Shown here: in pieces, positions 33,304-45,700 of the stretch
Numbering within the stretch: position 1 is the stretch's first letter
How the letters are laid out: each line of letters opens with the position of its first letter
Assembly: GCA_964019425.1 (NCBI GenBank)
Contig: OZ025802.1
Location: 248,001 to 312,000, forward strand
From: Flectonema sp. DT1601
Lineage: Eukaryota
Reading direction: 5' to 3'
Length of the DNA stretch: 64,000 bases
Made by a program: the position numbers and the translations under genes
The notes under the pieces: generated by a model
What the model saw: the letters and a program-made list of their open reading frames with translations, nothing else
Told to the model about the DNA's origin: nothing
Databases searched by the model: none

Positions 33304-34869
33304 CTACCGAGGTTTTTGAGTCCAGCGCAAAGGCGCTTCTCCAACCCACGGACCTGGAACTCCTTTTGTTTGTCTCGACGACGAAGCAGATCTGGCAGAT
33401 GATCGCTGAGGACGAATTGCGTCTCCAGCAAGCGGCTCTGCAGTGAAAGACTTTTGATTATTTCGAATTGACGATGGAGTTGGTTTATTGTGACCATGAC
33501 TGCTATGTGTTGATGATGCTAAACTAACATTTGGGGTGAACAGTCCCAGCTGTGAGTGAACAGTTTGTCTCTTGCTGTACGACTCGTTTAATGAACGCTG
33601 CCAGTTTTGACCTGATATAACAATCTTTTTAGGATTCTTTGCAAATGTCATTGTTGGTTTAGCTTTAATCCAAGCCTCACAGTCAATTGTTTGTTTTCTT
33701 GCTCGCATCCCAATTTCTGATATGGAAGCTTCGTCTTCATTGTCAACAATAAAAGAAGAATATTGTTCACCATCCTCTCTCCTTTTCAACGCGTTTAATA
33801 AAGTTAAATCATCTATTCTGCTTAGAGGTACTGATAGAGGTGGCGGTGTTGGTGATTCTTTTTCTTCTTGTTGAATTTGATCATCGACGTTGAATAGTTC
33901 TTCACCTCCATCATCGTCTTCAAGGATATAGTTTACAGGAGAATTGTTATTCCCGTTTTGCTCGATTAATGTCACGTCGTCTTCGTCTGCGAAACTAACA
34001 CTGTGAGTGTAAGAACTGTCTTTAGGAATTGCCTGACTGACGTATCTATCAACTTTCGGTGATGGAATTAGTTCTCTGTTGCGACTCAGTTGGCTTAGTA
34101 ATTCGTCTCTGTGTGCGTCATATCTTGGAGTTTGTTTGTGTTTTAGTTGATCTTCTCGTTTTTGCATTTTATAAAGTTGAGAATAAGTAACATTTCCCTC
34201 TCCCGGATAGACGTTGTAGTGAGAATGAGTTGGAATAGCTGAAGGTGGATCGCTGTAAAGATCATCATTGATAGGTTTCGTTGACGTCAATCTGGGAGGA
34301 CTTCTGTGTCGTTTAGGACTACCGTCATCCCATTCTTTTTTTTGTTGTGGTCGTTGTGGAGATGTTCTTATGGGACTGATATTTTGAGGTTGAGGTTGAG
34401 GTTGAGGTTGAGGTTGCTGTTGTGGTTGACGTCTCCAAGACCTGACTTCATTTCTCTGTGGTCTTTTTGAAATCACCTGAGCAGGTCTGACCAAACCAAT
34501 ATCATTCCACTCCTCACTAGCATTTGGTGACTTCTTTCCGAGAGATGCGACAGCTTCGACAAATCTCTTCTCAGCTTCGTTAACCGACGCATCTGGTTCC
34601 CACCAATTTGCTGGTGATACCGCAATACTACTTTGATTGCTTTGGGTTAATTTTATAGTTTTTTTTCTATCACCTCTGTAGTGAGGATGCTCCATGAGTG
34701 TTTCGTCTTCTACCTCTTGCCATAAGTTGTTTGGTGTTCCATTTGGTGTTACAAATGATGAAATTACATTGGCGAGTCGATCTTTTTCCTTCGGTGGTTC
34801 GTAAGAATAACAACCGTCTAGGTATTCTTTTAGTGACTTTTGGTAAGCCAAGCGACCTCCTCCAGACAT
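33304..34869 (-). CDS. Hypothetical disordered protein (QP repeat)
   Basis: Long ORF; first ATG at 34869, a few nt after ttttcgttcAG (the ORF-track start at 34875 is GTG). Confidence 0.75.
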   Translation of the reverse strand: MSGGGRLAYQKSLKEYLDGCYSYEPPKEKDRLANVISSFVTPNGTPNNLWQEVEDETLMEHPHYRGDRKKTIKLTQSNQSSIAVSPANWWEPDASVNEAEKRFVEAVASLGKKSPNASEEWNDIGLVRPAQVISKRPQRNEVRSWRRQPQQQPQPQPQPQPQNISPIRTSPQRPQQKKEWDDGSPKRHRSPPRLTSTKPINDDLYSDPPSAIPTHSHYNVYPGEGNVTYSQLYKMQKREDQLKHKQTPRYDAHRDELLSQLSRNRELIPSPKVDRYVSQAIPKDSSYTHSVSFADEDDVTLIEQNGNNNSPVNYILEDDDGGEELFNVDDQIQQEEKESPTPPPLSVPLSRIDDLTLLNALKRREDGEQYSSFIVDNEDEASISEIGMRARKQTIDCEAWIKAKPTMTFAKNPKKIVISGQNWQRSLNESYSKRQTVHSQLGLFTPNVSLASSTHSSHGHNKPTPSSIRNNQKSFTAEPLAGDAIRPQRSSARSASSSRQTKGVPGPWVGEAPLRWTQKPR

Positions 34870-35781
34870 GTCCACCTGAACGAAAAATTGAAGATGTTTA
34901 AAAACCTACTTATTTGATTATGGTTATGACTTGGAATCAAACTGTCAACTAATGTCGCGAAGTCATTTCTTACGTACTGATGAAAAATTTTATAAATTAG
35001 AATAAAAATTAAACATAAGACAATTAACAGTTAAGGGAGTTTTTAAAAAAAAAAAAGAAGAAAAAAAAAAGAAAAAAAAACTGCGATAGCGGGCAAGACC
35101 CGTGATGCTACTTTCCTTCGTTCTGATTTTGTTTTTTCTTGTTTTTTTTTTTAAAAAAAGAGTCGCCCCACGGTGTCTTGATTTCCCTTATTTTGCTGCA
35201 CACCTAATTCCTCATTCTCTTCTTTTTCTTTTTTTGGGTTTCAAATTTTCAGCGAAAAAAAGCAACAAATATTCCTTGAGTGTTCAACAAATAATACACA
35301 AGACAGCGAGAATCATAACTCTCTTTTAAAAAAAAAAAGGTTTTTTCTTTTTTTTTTTTTTTTTAAAGATAAGTACTACAATAAGGAAGACGAATAGAAT
35401 CCCCTAAACAGTACAACGATGCACCAACAGAATCGTTAAGATTTCTTTTTTTTTTTTTGATGCCAAAAAAAAAAAATTCGGTGTCTTGGGTTGGGTTACT
35501 TATTCAGTTACCGGTGTTCGATCACGGGTGGGGTTCAACGAAATATAAGTCGTCAGGAAAGATGTTCTGCTTTTTTTTTTTTTTTTTTTTTTTTTCATTC
35601 TTTTTCCATACTAATTTTTTTTTTCGCAAGAACACATCTGTGTTGTACCTCCAGGGTGGGTTTCCACCTCAGTAGGTTTAAAAGATGTCTACTAAGCAAA
35701 ATTAGGATAATGGAAAAAAGACTTCTGTGTAAGGTTTGCATCTGTGTGAGATTATTGCGCACAACAAACGCATCGAACAAA

Positions 35782-35815
<34 letters not shown>

Positions 35816-36329
35816 AGAGAGAGGAAGAGAAGAAAATAAAGTTCAAGAAATATAAATAAGTCCCGCGAGAGCCTCGCAGTTTTATTTAAAAATATTTGTG
35901 TGTGTGTTTTTTTTTTTTATTTCATTTTAAGCAACCACCGAGCCTAGCCCGCCATCTAAATGAGGAAACATCAGAGAAGCGAAGGGGCGAAAAAGGATGG
36001 CTCATAATGTACGGTATCTGACATAACGGGAACACAAAAATTAGGGTTGAATGCTTGGGGGAAAGAAGAAAAAAATGAGGAGAAATCATAGCTGCGTTGC
36101 TTGTTTTATAGAAATCGGAAAAAAGAATTTTTTTTCAAAGTCAAAAAAAGCACATTAACTTCAGGATATACCCGCGTGATGTCAATCAATACCAAACGAG
36201 CAGAGGATCCCTCAGGGTGCTAATTACCCACTTACCAGCAACAGAGGACACAGCTTGATATAAAAAAAAAAAAAATAATAATAATAAACAAAAATTCGGC
36301 TTTAACATTAAAACTATACAAAAAATTCG

Positions 36330-36416
36330 TAATATAACACTGTGATGTTTTTTTGTTGTACATGAAAAACAGTGAACCGGAGAAAGGTAAAGGAGGTTCA
36401 CGTTTGCTGCTAACAT

Positions 36417-36449
<33 letters not shown>

Positions 36450-36543
36450 CCTCGAAGTCAGGGAAGTCAAAGCCCACGAAATATCAGTTACCCCGTTTTA
36501 GCTCTTACTTGTTAAGCGCAATTAAAAAAAAAAAAAAAAAAAA
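36330..36543 (+). mobile_element. SINE-like family A, diverged and interrupted copy
   Basis: taatataacactgtgatg...gtgaaccgg...ggtaaaggaggttcacgtttgctgctaacattc, then tacttgttaagcgc followed by an A-run. Confidence 0.55.
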
Positions 36544-37400
36544 TTAAAAAAAGAAAAATAGAACTAACGTTTAGTTGCTCACTACGAATCTTAAGGAAAT
36601 TTAATTTAAGAAAAATGAAAAATAAAACATAACGATTCAGTCAACTCAACCCAGATATTTGAAAATACCTAAAGCACTTCCAAATATATCAGGCAAGTTG
36701 CTTCCTCAATTTGAATGTCACGGTAACATAGATAAACATCTGAAATACAACGAAACTCTTTTCTGCAAAAAAAAAAAAAAAAAAAAAAAGAAAACCTATT
36801 TTACGCCATGTGAAGAAACCACAACAACAATCGACATGTGGATTAGGTGGCAGCAAAATAATTTTTTTGTTTTTTTTCTTTTTTTGGTTTTTTTTTTTAC
36901 AAATGTATGTTAGTTTCGAACATATCAGAAAAGGCCAAAAGAAATAAAGAATTTTTTTTTTTGAAAAAATTTCAAAAAAAAAAAAAAAAAAACAGGAAAA
37001 ACAGGAAAATAAATGAATACAAAAATCGAGTCTTTTCTTTAACTATTCTGACAGGATAGGGCATATGAACAGAAAAATGTATTTTTTTTACAAGAAGAGC
37101 CTACTATGTAACAAAATAAATTCCCGATGACATTATATTGAAGAACAATGTCTTAATGAAAGCTAACTTTTAATATACAAAAGAAACGGAAAAAAAAAAA
37201 AACATTTTGCCCTAGGACACCGTGAGATAAATAAAAAATAACTATGATTTTAGTACCTGGGCGGTAAGCAAGAACAAAAAAAAAAAAAAAAAAAAAATGA
37301 TGATGATAAAATAAATAAACAACCAAGGAATGCCATCTCGACATTAAATAGGAGCCATCAAGATAATCTTTCAGAGGTTGGAATTGCGAAAAAAGACGGG

Positions 37401-37431
<31 letters not shown>

Positions 37432-39095
37432 AATACTATCGATAATGTAAAATTATTACTTTAACTTATAAAGGTTATCTTATAAAGAAGGGGAAGGGAT
37501 TTCAAAAAAAAAAAAAAAAAAACATAGCAATGATCTAGAAACAAAAAGTGAAGGGAAGAGGAGGAGGAAAAAACATTATTTTAAAAAAAAATATTTAAAA
37601 GCCACGAGACCAAAACAATTGCTGATTTCGATAACACTGCTCTGAAAATGTCACGCGTTGCGTGCATTAACTTAGAATAAGCAGCATCAATATCTGCATG
37701 AAAGGACACGCCTATCAATCAAAGATCTCGTGACACGGTTAAAAACATTTTTTTTATTAGCAAGCAAGTACGTATTTTCTTCTGTCTTGATGCTGCTTTT
37801 TTTTTTTTTTTTTTTTTTTTTTTGCATTCGCCCGTTTTTGACTTCGGTTTTTTTGTCTATCCCGATGGTATTAGGTTCTTTTTTTTTCCGTTTGGGAAAA
37901 GGAAAAAAAAAAAAAAAAAAAAAAAAAAAATTAAAATTAGAATTTAAATTAAAAAAAAAAAAAAAAAAAAAATTAGCAAATATAATAAATTCACAATACT
38001 TTATGTGACTTATTTTTTTTTTTTTTTGTTCTTTTTCCCAACCAAGAGTGATAATTTTCCTATCAATCCTCATCCCCCGTACCAAGACACTAGAATATAA
38101 CTCTTCAGTGATTTCCCCCCAAGGTAATAGTTTCAAAGGCGTTTCTATTAATAAGCACCAGGTGGATACAATCAGATTAGTGCTGAAAGACTGCAACATT
38201 ACTTCGGGGTTAAAAGGAAATATTTTTTTTTCAGGTACGTAAAAAAAAGAGACTCTTGGTTTTAAGCTCGATATCAGTCATGGCGCACAGATGAATAGAG
38301 GCCAAGGCTGATTGAACTTTAATACACATCATTACAACTTTAGAAGAAAAAAAAAAGAAGGAAAAAAAAGTATAACGTATGCGTGGTAATAGGTTTCTTT
38401 TTTTTTTTTTTTTTTTGTTGTTGTTTCTTCTTGAGGGAAAAAAGATATAAAAAGTCGTAATTCAAAGTACCAAATCTCTCTCCTTAATTTTTTTTAGTAT
38501 TTAAAAAACTACCAGTTATATGCTTCTTCATGCTTTCTGAAGAGAACAACAAATAATAGGAAATAAAAAATAAATAAATAGAGTGACAACTCTACCAGCC
38601 ATTACTATCTTTTTTTGGGGGGTCCGCGGAATGAAACTCCTCACTGATTGCCAGACATGTCAAAACTAAATAGTAACAACTGGAGGTTTTAAAGAAAAAA
38701 AGGGAAAACCTTCCTCCAAAACAGTTTGCGAAATCGCCAACTCTCAACAAAAAAAAAACTTGCGACCTAATGGATAGCCGCATAACAAAGACTTCTGAGT
38801 CACGAAACCTAATCGATGACGAGGATCATTAAACTACATTTTCACAGGGCAGGCTTTTACTAACCTGAGAATTTCTGTTCTCAATACCTGACAAGAATTA
38901 CCTAATTTTGAATGCTGTTCGAAGTCCTTGTGAATTTTGGTTGGGGTTCTTAGTCTCACTAGTGAACTTTCACAGTAACATTTTTGACTGATTGCTCACG
39001 GGAGGGGTTTCGGTGATTTATTGCAACGGACTAGTGATCAAACCGCCCTTTGACACTATTTTGGGTCACATTTTCCATCAGTACAAGGGAAAAAA

Positions 39096-39156
39096 TGGTG
39101 TCACGGGGTTTGAACCCGCGACCCCCGGGTCACTATTCAGCGGTCATACCAGTAGT
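39096..39156 (-). pseudogene. Degenerate tRNA-like 3' half (T-arm/B-box), homologous to the segment inside the TIR element
   Basis: Minus strand ...GGGTC GCGGG TTCAAAC CCCGT GACACCA TTTTT; T-stem pairs, but no complete cloverleaf. Confidence 0.45.
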
Positions 39157-39643
39157 AAAAGAACTTTGGTCATAGTGGAGGGTAACTTGATGGGGGGTGG
39201 TTAAATATTTTTGTGATGAGTTGGCGATTTCGAACTATTGCTTATGGAATTAGGGAGTTTTCCCAAAAAAAAAAAAAAAATAAAAATAAAATAAAAAAAT
39301 GAAGGAATAAATTGAATGAGACGTTGATCAAAATAAAAATGACAACGAAATTTGGGCAATAAAAGCACAATTGTATGAAAAAAAAAAAAAAAAATGAAAA
39401 AAAAAAACCATTCAGATAAGCCTTTACGCAGCTTTTTTTTTTTTTTGATCGCAGACATCACTGTGTATGTAGCTCAGACAAGTCTGATAACTACTGCCTG
39501 GAACGAATCTGTAAAGAGATTTGTCCTCGATGGTTCTAATACACTGGCACAAGGCCGGAGTGTGAATGAGACCAACAGTCTTCAGAGCCACAGGGAAATA
39601 GATACCATAACGGCTCTTAATCCGAATGGTTACTTCGTCAGTA

Positions 39644-39677
<34 letters not shown>

Positions 39678-41242
39678 GGGAGGGTCGGGGGGAAAAAAAA
39701 AATACTGGATAATAAATTAGACTATAAAAAATAACAAAATAAAGAAACATAACAAAAAAAACATATAAAAAAAGATCTGCCAACCAGTTACTAAGCATGG
39801 CCGTCTTTATAAAAACATTAAGAAATCTGCTGCATAATATTGTGCATCACTGACGCAGCAACACTATGAAGCATCGGGTAAAAACGCCATAGAGCTACAA
39901 AGCCCTATTTTGTTAGGATTCTTATGGTATAGGCTTACTGTGACAGGGGCATCCTGAACACAGCGTAGTTTGCAACTGACTTGCAACTAGCCTATACCAG
40001 TTTCGAAAAAAAAAAAAAAAACCGAAATGAGATAAATACGACAGCATCTGGTCATAGATGGGGCAATAAGCACCTGTCTACAACCATTAAGTGATGATAA
40101 ATAAAGATATTGATACTTTTTTTTTTTTTTTTTTTAAAACGTCCTACGCTCACTAAAAGGAAAACTAAAATAACTGGCGTCAGCGGCAGCCGTACAATTG
40201 CAAAATAAAAATACCGCTTGGAGGCGACGTGAACATATTTGAGCACCTCCTGTCTATATTACCCAATAATAAATGTGTAAGCACATCATAAAATTAAAAT
40301 TTTGTCTAAAGGGAAACAATCAATCCGATTTGAAAGAAACTTCAAGGTAGGGGAACAGCCCTGTTTATAGTCATACGGTTGGGGGTAGTAAACGTTGTCA
40401 ATATGAAAAGCGAAAGAAAAGTTATCCAAAGCCAGCAAAAAATATTAGAAAATAATAGGTCATGCGTTTATACAAAGCCTAAAACTAATAAAGTAAAATT
40501 GTAACCTCGCGAATACGGTCAACAGTAAGAAAAAAAAAGAAAAAAAAACCAAGAAGATTTGCCACAACTTTCCCCCTTAACTTCTTATCTTCGCGACCTG
40601 CTGTCATAAACATAAAATAAAAATGCCTACCTTGGATTGGTTCAGAAAATAGTATCCTTTAAGAGCGACGGAAAAGTTTAAAAAAAAAAAAAAAGGAGTG
40701 AACAATAGAAGGAACCTCCTCCAGCATTCACTCACAGTATGTAAAGTTAAGATTTTTTTCACTGACCATCTCGTGGTCAGCAACTGTAGCAATCAAGTAT
40801 CCAATCAAAACTACGGACCTGTGTAACACCATAGACAGCCTTGCTTAATTAGAGAGGGAGAGGTCCGTGAAACATAAAGGGGGTAACTTGATGGGGTACA
40901 TTAAGCGGGTGAAAAGGTAGGAAGAAATAAAAAAAAAGATAACACTGAACTATAGTTTTTTTTGAGCAAGTTTCCAAAAACGCACAAACTACCCAATCGC
41001 CTTCATTTATTAATTATATTATTTTCTTTTGAGGCTAATCGCAAAGACACAACCAATAGTATAAATATTGTGTTTTGATGAATACCTTTTGAGGTACATC
41101 AATAAACACACTTCGCACATTTTGAAAACAACTGCCTTCCTTTTATGTAATTGTCCAGCAGATCTCAAGCACAAAAACAGATTCGCATCATAAGGAGGAT
41201 CACCACGAGTAGAATTTACCTTCCGAGTTTTCATTAAGAACT

Positions 41243-41490
41243 GCTTTTTTTCAAGATTGCCTTTTCGGCTGTCTAGAAAATCGCATTTTTGCTATGAGCG
41301 CTGTACTTTTGTTTGGCTTTGCAGACGAATCGTCAATCACTGATGTGAGTGCTTTTTTTTTCAAGATTGCCTTTTCGGCTGTCTAGAAAATCGCGCATTT
41401 TGCTATGAGCGCTGTACTTTGTTTGAACGATTCCATTACTTATGTAAATGCTCTTTCCGGATTGCCTTTTCGGCTGTCTAGAAAATTGCA
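41243..41490. repeat. Local tandem duplication, 110/95-bp period, with 27-bp core x3
   Basis: gattgccttttcggctgtctagaaaat at 41255, 41365 and 41460. Confidence 0.85.
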
Positions 41491-41581
41491 TCTTTTTTTT
41501 TTGTAAAGAGGTTTGCCTTAGTGGCTGCCAGAATAGAGTGAACTCTTAGTCTGCGTACATCGCTTTCTTAAAAACTGTAAA

Positions 41582-41615
<34 letters not shown>

Positions 41616-41970
41616 AGTAAATTCCCAACGTGAATGAATCTAAACAACAAAAAAAAAAAACTTGCTCAAAATAACCAACTAGTGTTCAGGTATCCGAAAA
41701 AAAAAAAAATTAAAAAATTAAAAACACAAGAAGCGCTGTCTGAAAACAGGCCATTTTTTTTTTTTTTTTTTTTTTTTTGTTGTGAAAAAAAAATAATAGG
41801 ATAAGTATGTGGTGTGAAAAAAAAAAGAAGAAAAAAAAAAAAAAAAGGGGGTAATTTGAAGAGTGGGTAGTAGGGAAAAATAATCGCTTGTCATCTATCT
41901 TTTTTTTTTTTTTACCTACGAGTTATGTATTAATTATAATTATAATCCTATGGAAGCGATCCTATTTTCC

Positions 41971-42183
41971 CTATATACTTTCAACGGAGCTGTTTAAACT
42001 ACTAACACTGAGTGTGCTCTTATCTGTGTTTACAGTGCTTGTTGATGCGGCTGATAACGTGCTTCCCCTGCTGGATCTCTTCTTCTTTTTCTGTGTCTGC
42101 TTTCTGTCTCTCATTTTCTTTGACGGTTTGACGTCGGCTGCAGATGCGAGAACCAAAGCGAGGATACCAATTGCGAGAACCAT
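41971..42183 (-). CDS. Possible small secreted basic/Ser-rich peptide (70 aa)
   Basis: ATG after an A-rich leader like other genes here, signal-peptide-like MVLAIGILALVLASA, coding-like composition, same strand as all genes. Confidence 0.4.
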   Translation of the reverse strand: MVLAIGILALVLASAADVKPSKKMRDRKQTQKKKKRSSRGSTLSAASTSTVNTDKSTLSVSSLNSSVESI

Positions 42184-42585
42184 TTTATTATTTTGATAGA
42201 GGTTGTTTTTTGGTTATATATGCAAATACTGAGTTGAGAGGGGGAAAAAAAAAAAAATGATGATAATAATAATAATAATAAAAAAACAACTTAGAAACTT
42301 CCCTTTTTAGGATAAGATACAAATTGGGAATCAGAAAAATACAAAAAAAACAAAACAAAATAAAACTTTTTTTTCAGAAAAAAAAGACCAATAAAGGCAA
42401 TATATATATTTTTTACATCAAAACTGCCGTAAATTAAATAAAAGAATATCTGTTAACCAAACCTAAACGATTTGTGTAAGAGAAAAAAAGAAAAAAAAGA
42501 ATTTTTTTTTTTTGAATTAATTTAATAACCCTGAATTCACTGAAACTGTGAAAAAAATAAATAGAAATCTGATGGGCGTTAATTG

Positions 42586-42730
42586 TTTTTTTTTTGCATT
42601 TAACAAGTATTGTAAGAACGAAAAAAAAGAATGTCGGCAGCACACGTAAACCTCCTTTAGCTTTGTCAGTTTTAAGTCGGTTCGCGGTTTCGTGACAAAA
42701 AAACAAAAAAAATCACAGTTGTTATATTAT
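42586..42730 (-). mobile_element. SINE-like family A, copy 2
   Basis: Near-identical to 26012-26148; begins about 40 nt after the stop of the EF-hand gene. Confidence 0.75.
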
Positions 42731-42767
42731 TATTTTCTGTATAATTTAAAGATAAATCCAATTCTTT

Positions 42768-45700
42768 TTATGAACGGCCAATAACTGAATTTATTTGATT
42801 AAGCATAAGATCTATAGTCATGTGATCTCTAGTGAGCCGTCTTTTAACTTCACGAGAATCAGCATCGTTGTTGAGTCGCTGAAGTCGATCAAGATCAGTA
42901 TCTGTATCATTCTGCTCAGTGATTACTTCATCTTCTTCAGGTAGAGCTGCATGGGCACGTAGAAACGTAGTCTGTCGAGATATCTCTTTTTCAATCGCAT
43001 CCAGAGATTCCCAGTCTATCTCACCATTCGCTATCGGAGGTTCCCTAAAAGCATATTCACCTCTACAGAAATTATCACTAACAATCTCATCTTCAACAGC
43101 AACTGGTGATGCTGTTTGTCCGCTGATAGATTCTTCACGACGTTGTGTAGTCTCGACAAGGATTGGTTCATCCATTTCATGTGTTGATACTTCTTTACGT
43201 TGCTGTTTTGACTGAGCTCTAGATGAGTTATACACATTACTTCCAACAACAACTGATGGATGTCGTCGTCCACTTTCATTCCTTACATAATCTGCGTAAG
43301 TAGATTGCTCATCAGGTGATAGCTCATTTGGTTCTGTCCAACGTTGACGTTGAGGAGAAGGTGTTCCCTTGAGTAGATTTTCAGACCTTTCTAAAGCTTT
43401 TTGTTTCGACTCTTCCGCAACATTCATCACAAGACCTATATAACGAGATTCAATCATTGGGTCCAATGGATTCTGGTTGTGACTATTTTCAAGGGATACA
43501 ATCTTTTTATAAACAGGAGGACAATGAGCATGTCTCACAGTGGGTGCGTGCTTCATATCCAACGTCGTTGACTTCACAGACGAAGGTGTATTTGCCTGTG
43601 CAAATATCTTAGCCGCTGACTCTATTTTACTGCAGCGTTCTTTCTTCTCGGCAAGGCTTCTGCGGAAAACACGTTTTCTGATAGGGGTTTTTTTTGGAGA
43701 CATATCCCTGGGTGGCGTTGCTGGTGCTATTGGTAATTCATCGAGACCTGCAGAAACTCTGAGAACTTCAATACCAGAGAACCCGTTAGACCTCCCCCTG
43801 ACACTACCTTGAAGTATCTTTATTCCATTCATATCCTTTCGCCGCTTATCAAGCATAGTACGAAGTCCGTAGTTTAGAGTACTTCGTATCCAAGAAGAAC
43901 GCTTGTCGTCAGGTTGTAATGAAGGAGGAGGTTGCTTTTCAAAATGACGAGGGCTAGGTACAGGTATATCTATAAAGTCAGCAGCATCAGGATCGATTCC
44001 CGGTGGAACTGGTTGCTGTGGTAAATCATCAGACCAAGGGGGTACAACTATACTTGGATCATCAGTCCACGGTGGCATTACACACAACCCTGGTGATGTT
44101 TTATCTTCACAAGGGAAATGTCCTCTACCTAGACTGTGTTTAACAGCCATCGTATCGAGTGGTTCCGCATCTGGATTATCTTCTCTTGACCTTCTAAAAG
44201 GAGAAAGTGAAAAGCTCAAGGCATCATCATGGTCTGCTTCTTCGACATACTCTTCACCAATATCTTCTAACTCACCTTGTTCTGTCCCAAAGTTAACATC
44301 ACATAGTAGTTTTATGTCCATAGGTCTGTCTCCTTTAAAAGTTTTAATCCCCGCGTTGGCTATCACATCAGCTTCCGCAGCAGAAGACATTATAACACGA
44401 GCGTGACCCTCAACAAGATCAGAAACGATAGCAATGACAGTACCGTGAGGGGACAGAGTCTCACGAAGCCAGTTGCAACAGCGCTCATTTCTGTCAGGCC
44501 CTCGCATTTGTGGTAGTGGTTTGATGTACAGCGCAGCAGACTGACTTTTAGTATCCGCTGGAGTCGATGCATTCTTGTGATTAACTCTCGGTGCTGGAGA
44601 GAGTGACAGGGAACCCTCTTCTCTCGGAAGCTCAACACTAGCGACAGGTACCGAAACTGGAGACGGCGACGCTTTGATAGGAGATTCGATCGTCACTGTG
44701 GGTACAGGAGACTCGACTGTCACTGGAGGCACTGAAGACCCTGCCTGCGACAACGGTACGCTCTGTGCTGCGGGAGACTCGACTGTCATCTGCACTGGAG
44801 GCTCACTTACTTGAGGGACACTTTGTGTGATCTGCGCTGCGGGAGACGCGACTGTCACTGTAGGTACAGTAGACTCGACTGTCATCTGCACCGGAGGTTC
44901 ATCTACTTGAGGGACACCTTGCGTGATCTGCGCTGCGGGAGACTCAACTGTCATCTGCACTGGAGGCTCACTTACTTGAGGGACACCTTGCGTGATCTGC
45001 GCTGCGGGAGAGTCAACTGTCATCTGCACTGGAGGCTCACTTACTTGAGGGATACTTTGTGTGATCTGTGCTGCGGGAGAGTCAACTCTCACGGAAGGTA
45101 CGCCCCGCACTGGAGACTCCACTTTCACTGAGGGACTCGGTGCTGTAGAACTCAATCTCTCTGAACTACTCGGGGGAGTCACTGATCGTGTAGTCGGTGG
45201 TACTTTCTTACTGAATTGCGTCGCTGCTCTCCTCCTCTGTGGAACCTTCAAACTTGATCCTGGTGTGTCACTCTTGTCGATAAACATCGCTCGGCGATCA
45301 GACATTGGGACAACACGAGATAGAGATGCTGGACTTTTGCTTCTAATGCTGGACTGCAATGGCGATAGTGATGATCTAGTTTCTGGACTCGAACGGGGTA
45401 GCAGCAGTGGACTACTTCGTGTAGGACGTAGCTGCTCGGTGGTATTTGAAAAACGTTCTCTTTTCTCAGAGACGTGAGGGAATACTTCTTTTTTATCATT
45501 TCGAGGTGGAGGTGCAGGAGAATGATCTCCACTCCCCACTGGAAACTGTCGCCTAATAGGTGAATCATCTCGTCCTGAACTAGTTGGAGAGGCTGTAGGA
45601 CTAACAACTTGCTGGATTAATACGGGTGAAGTGGGTTGTAGAAAAGATGAATTAGAAACCAGGCGATTATCTGATCCAACTTCAGTAGTTGTTTTAGAGT

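Noticed and set aside
39096..39170. Functional tRNA gene
   Set aside because: Only the T-arm pairs; acceptor, D and anticodon stems cannot be formed
41255..41486. CRISPR-like direct repeats
   Set aside because: Eukaryotic context, no cas genes, only three units, and spacers are long and partly homologous to each other
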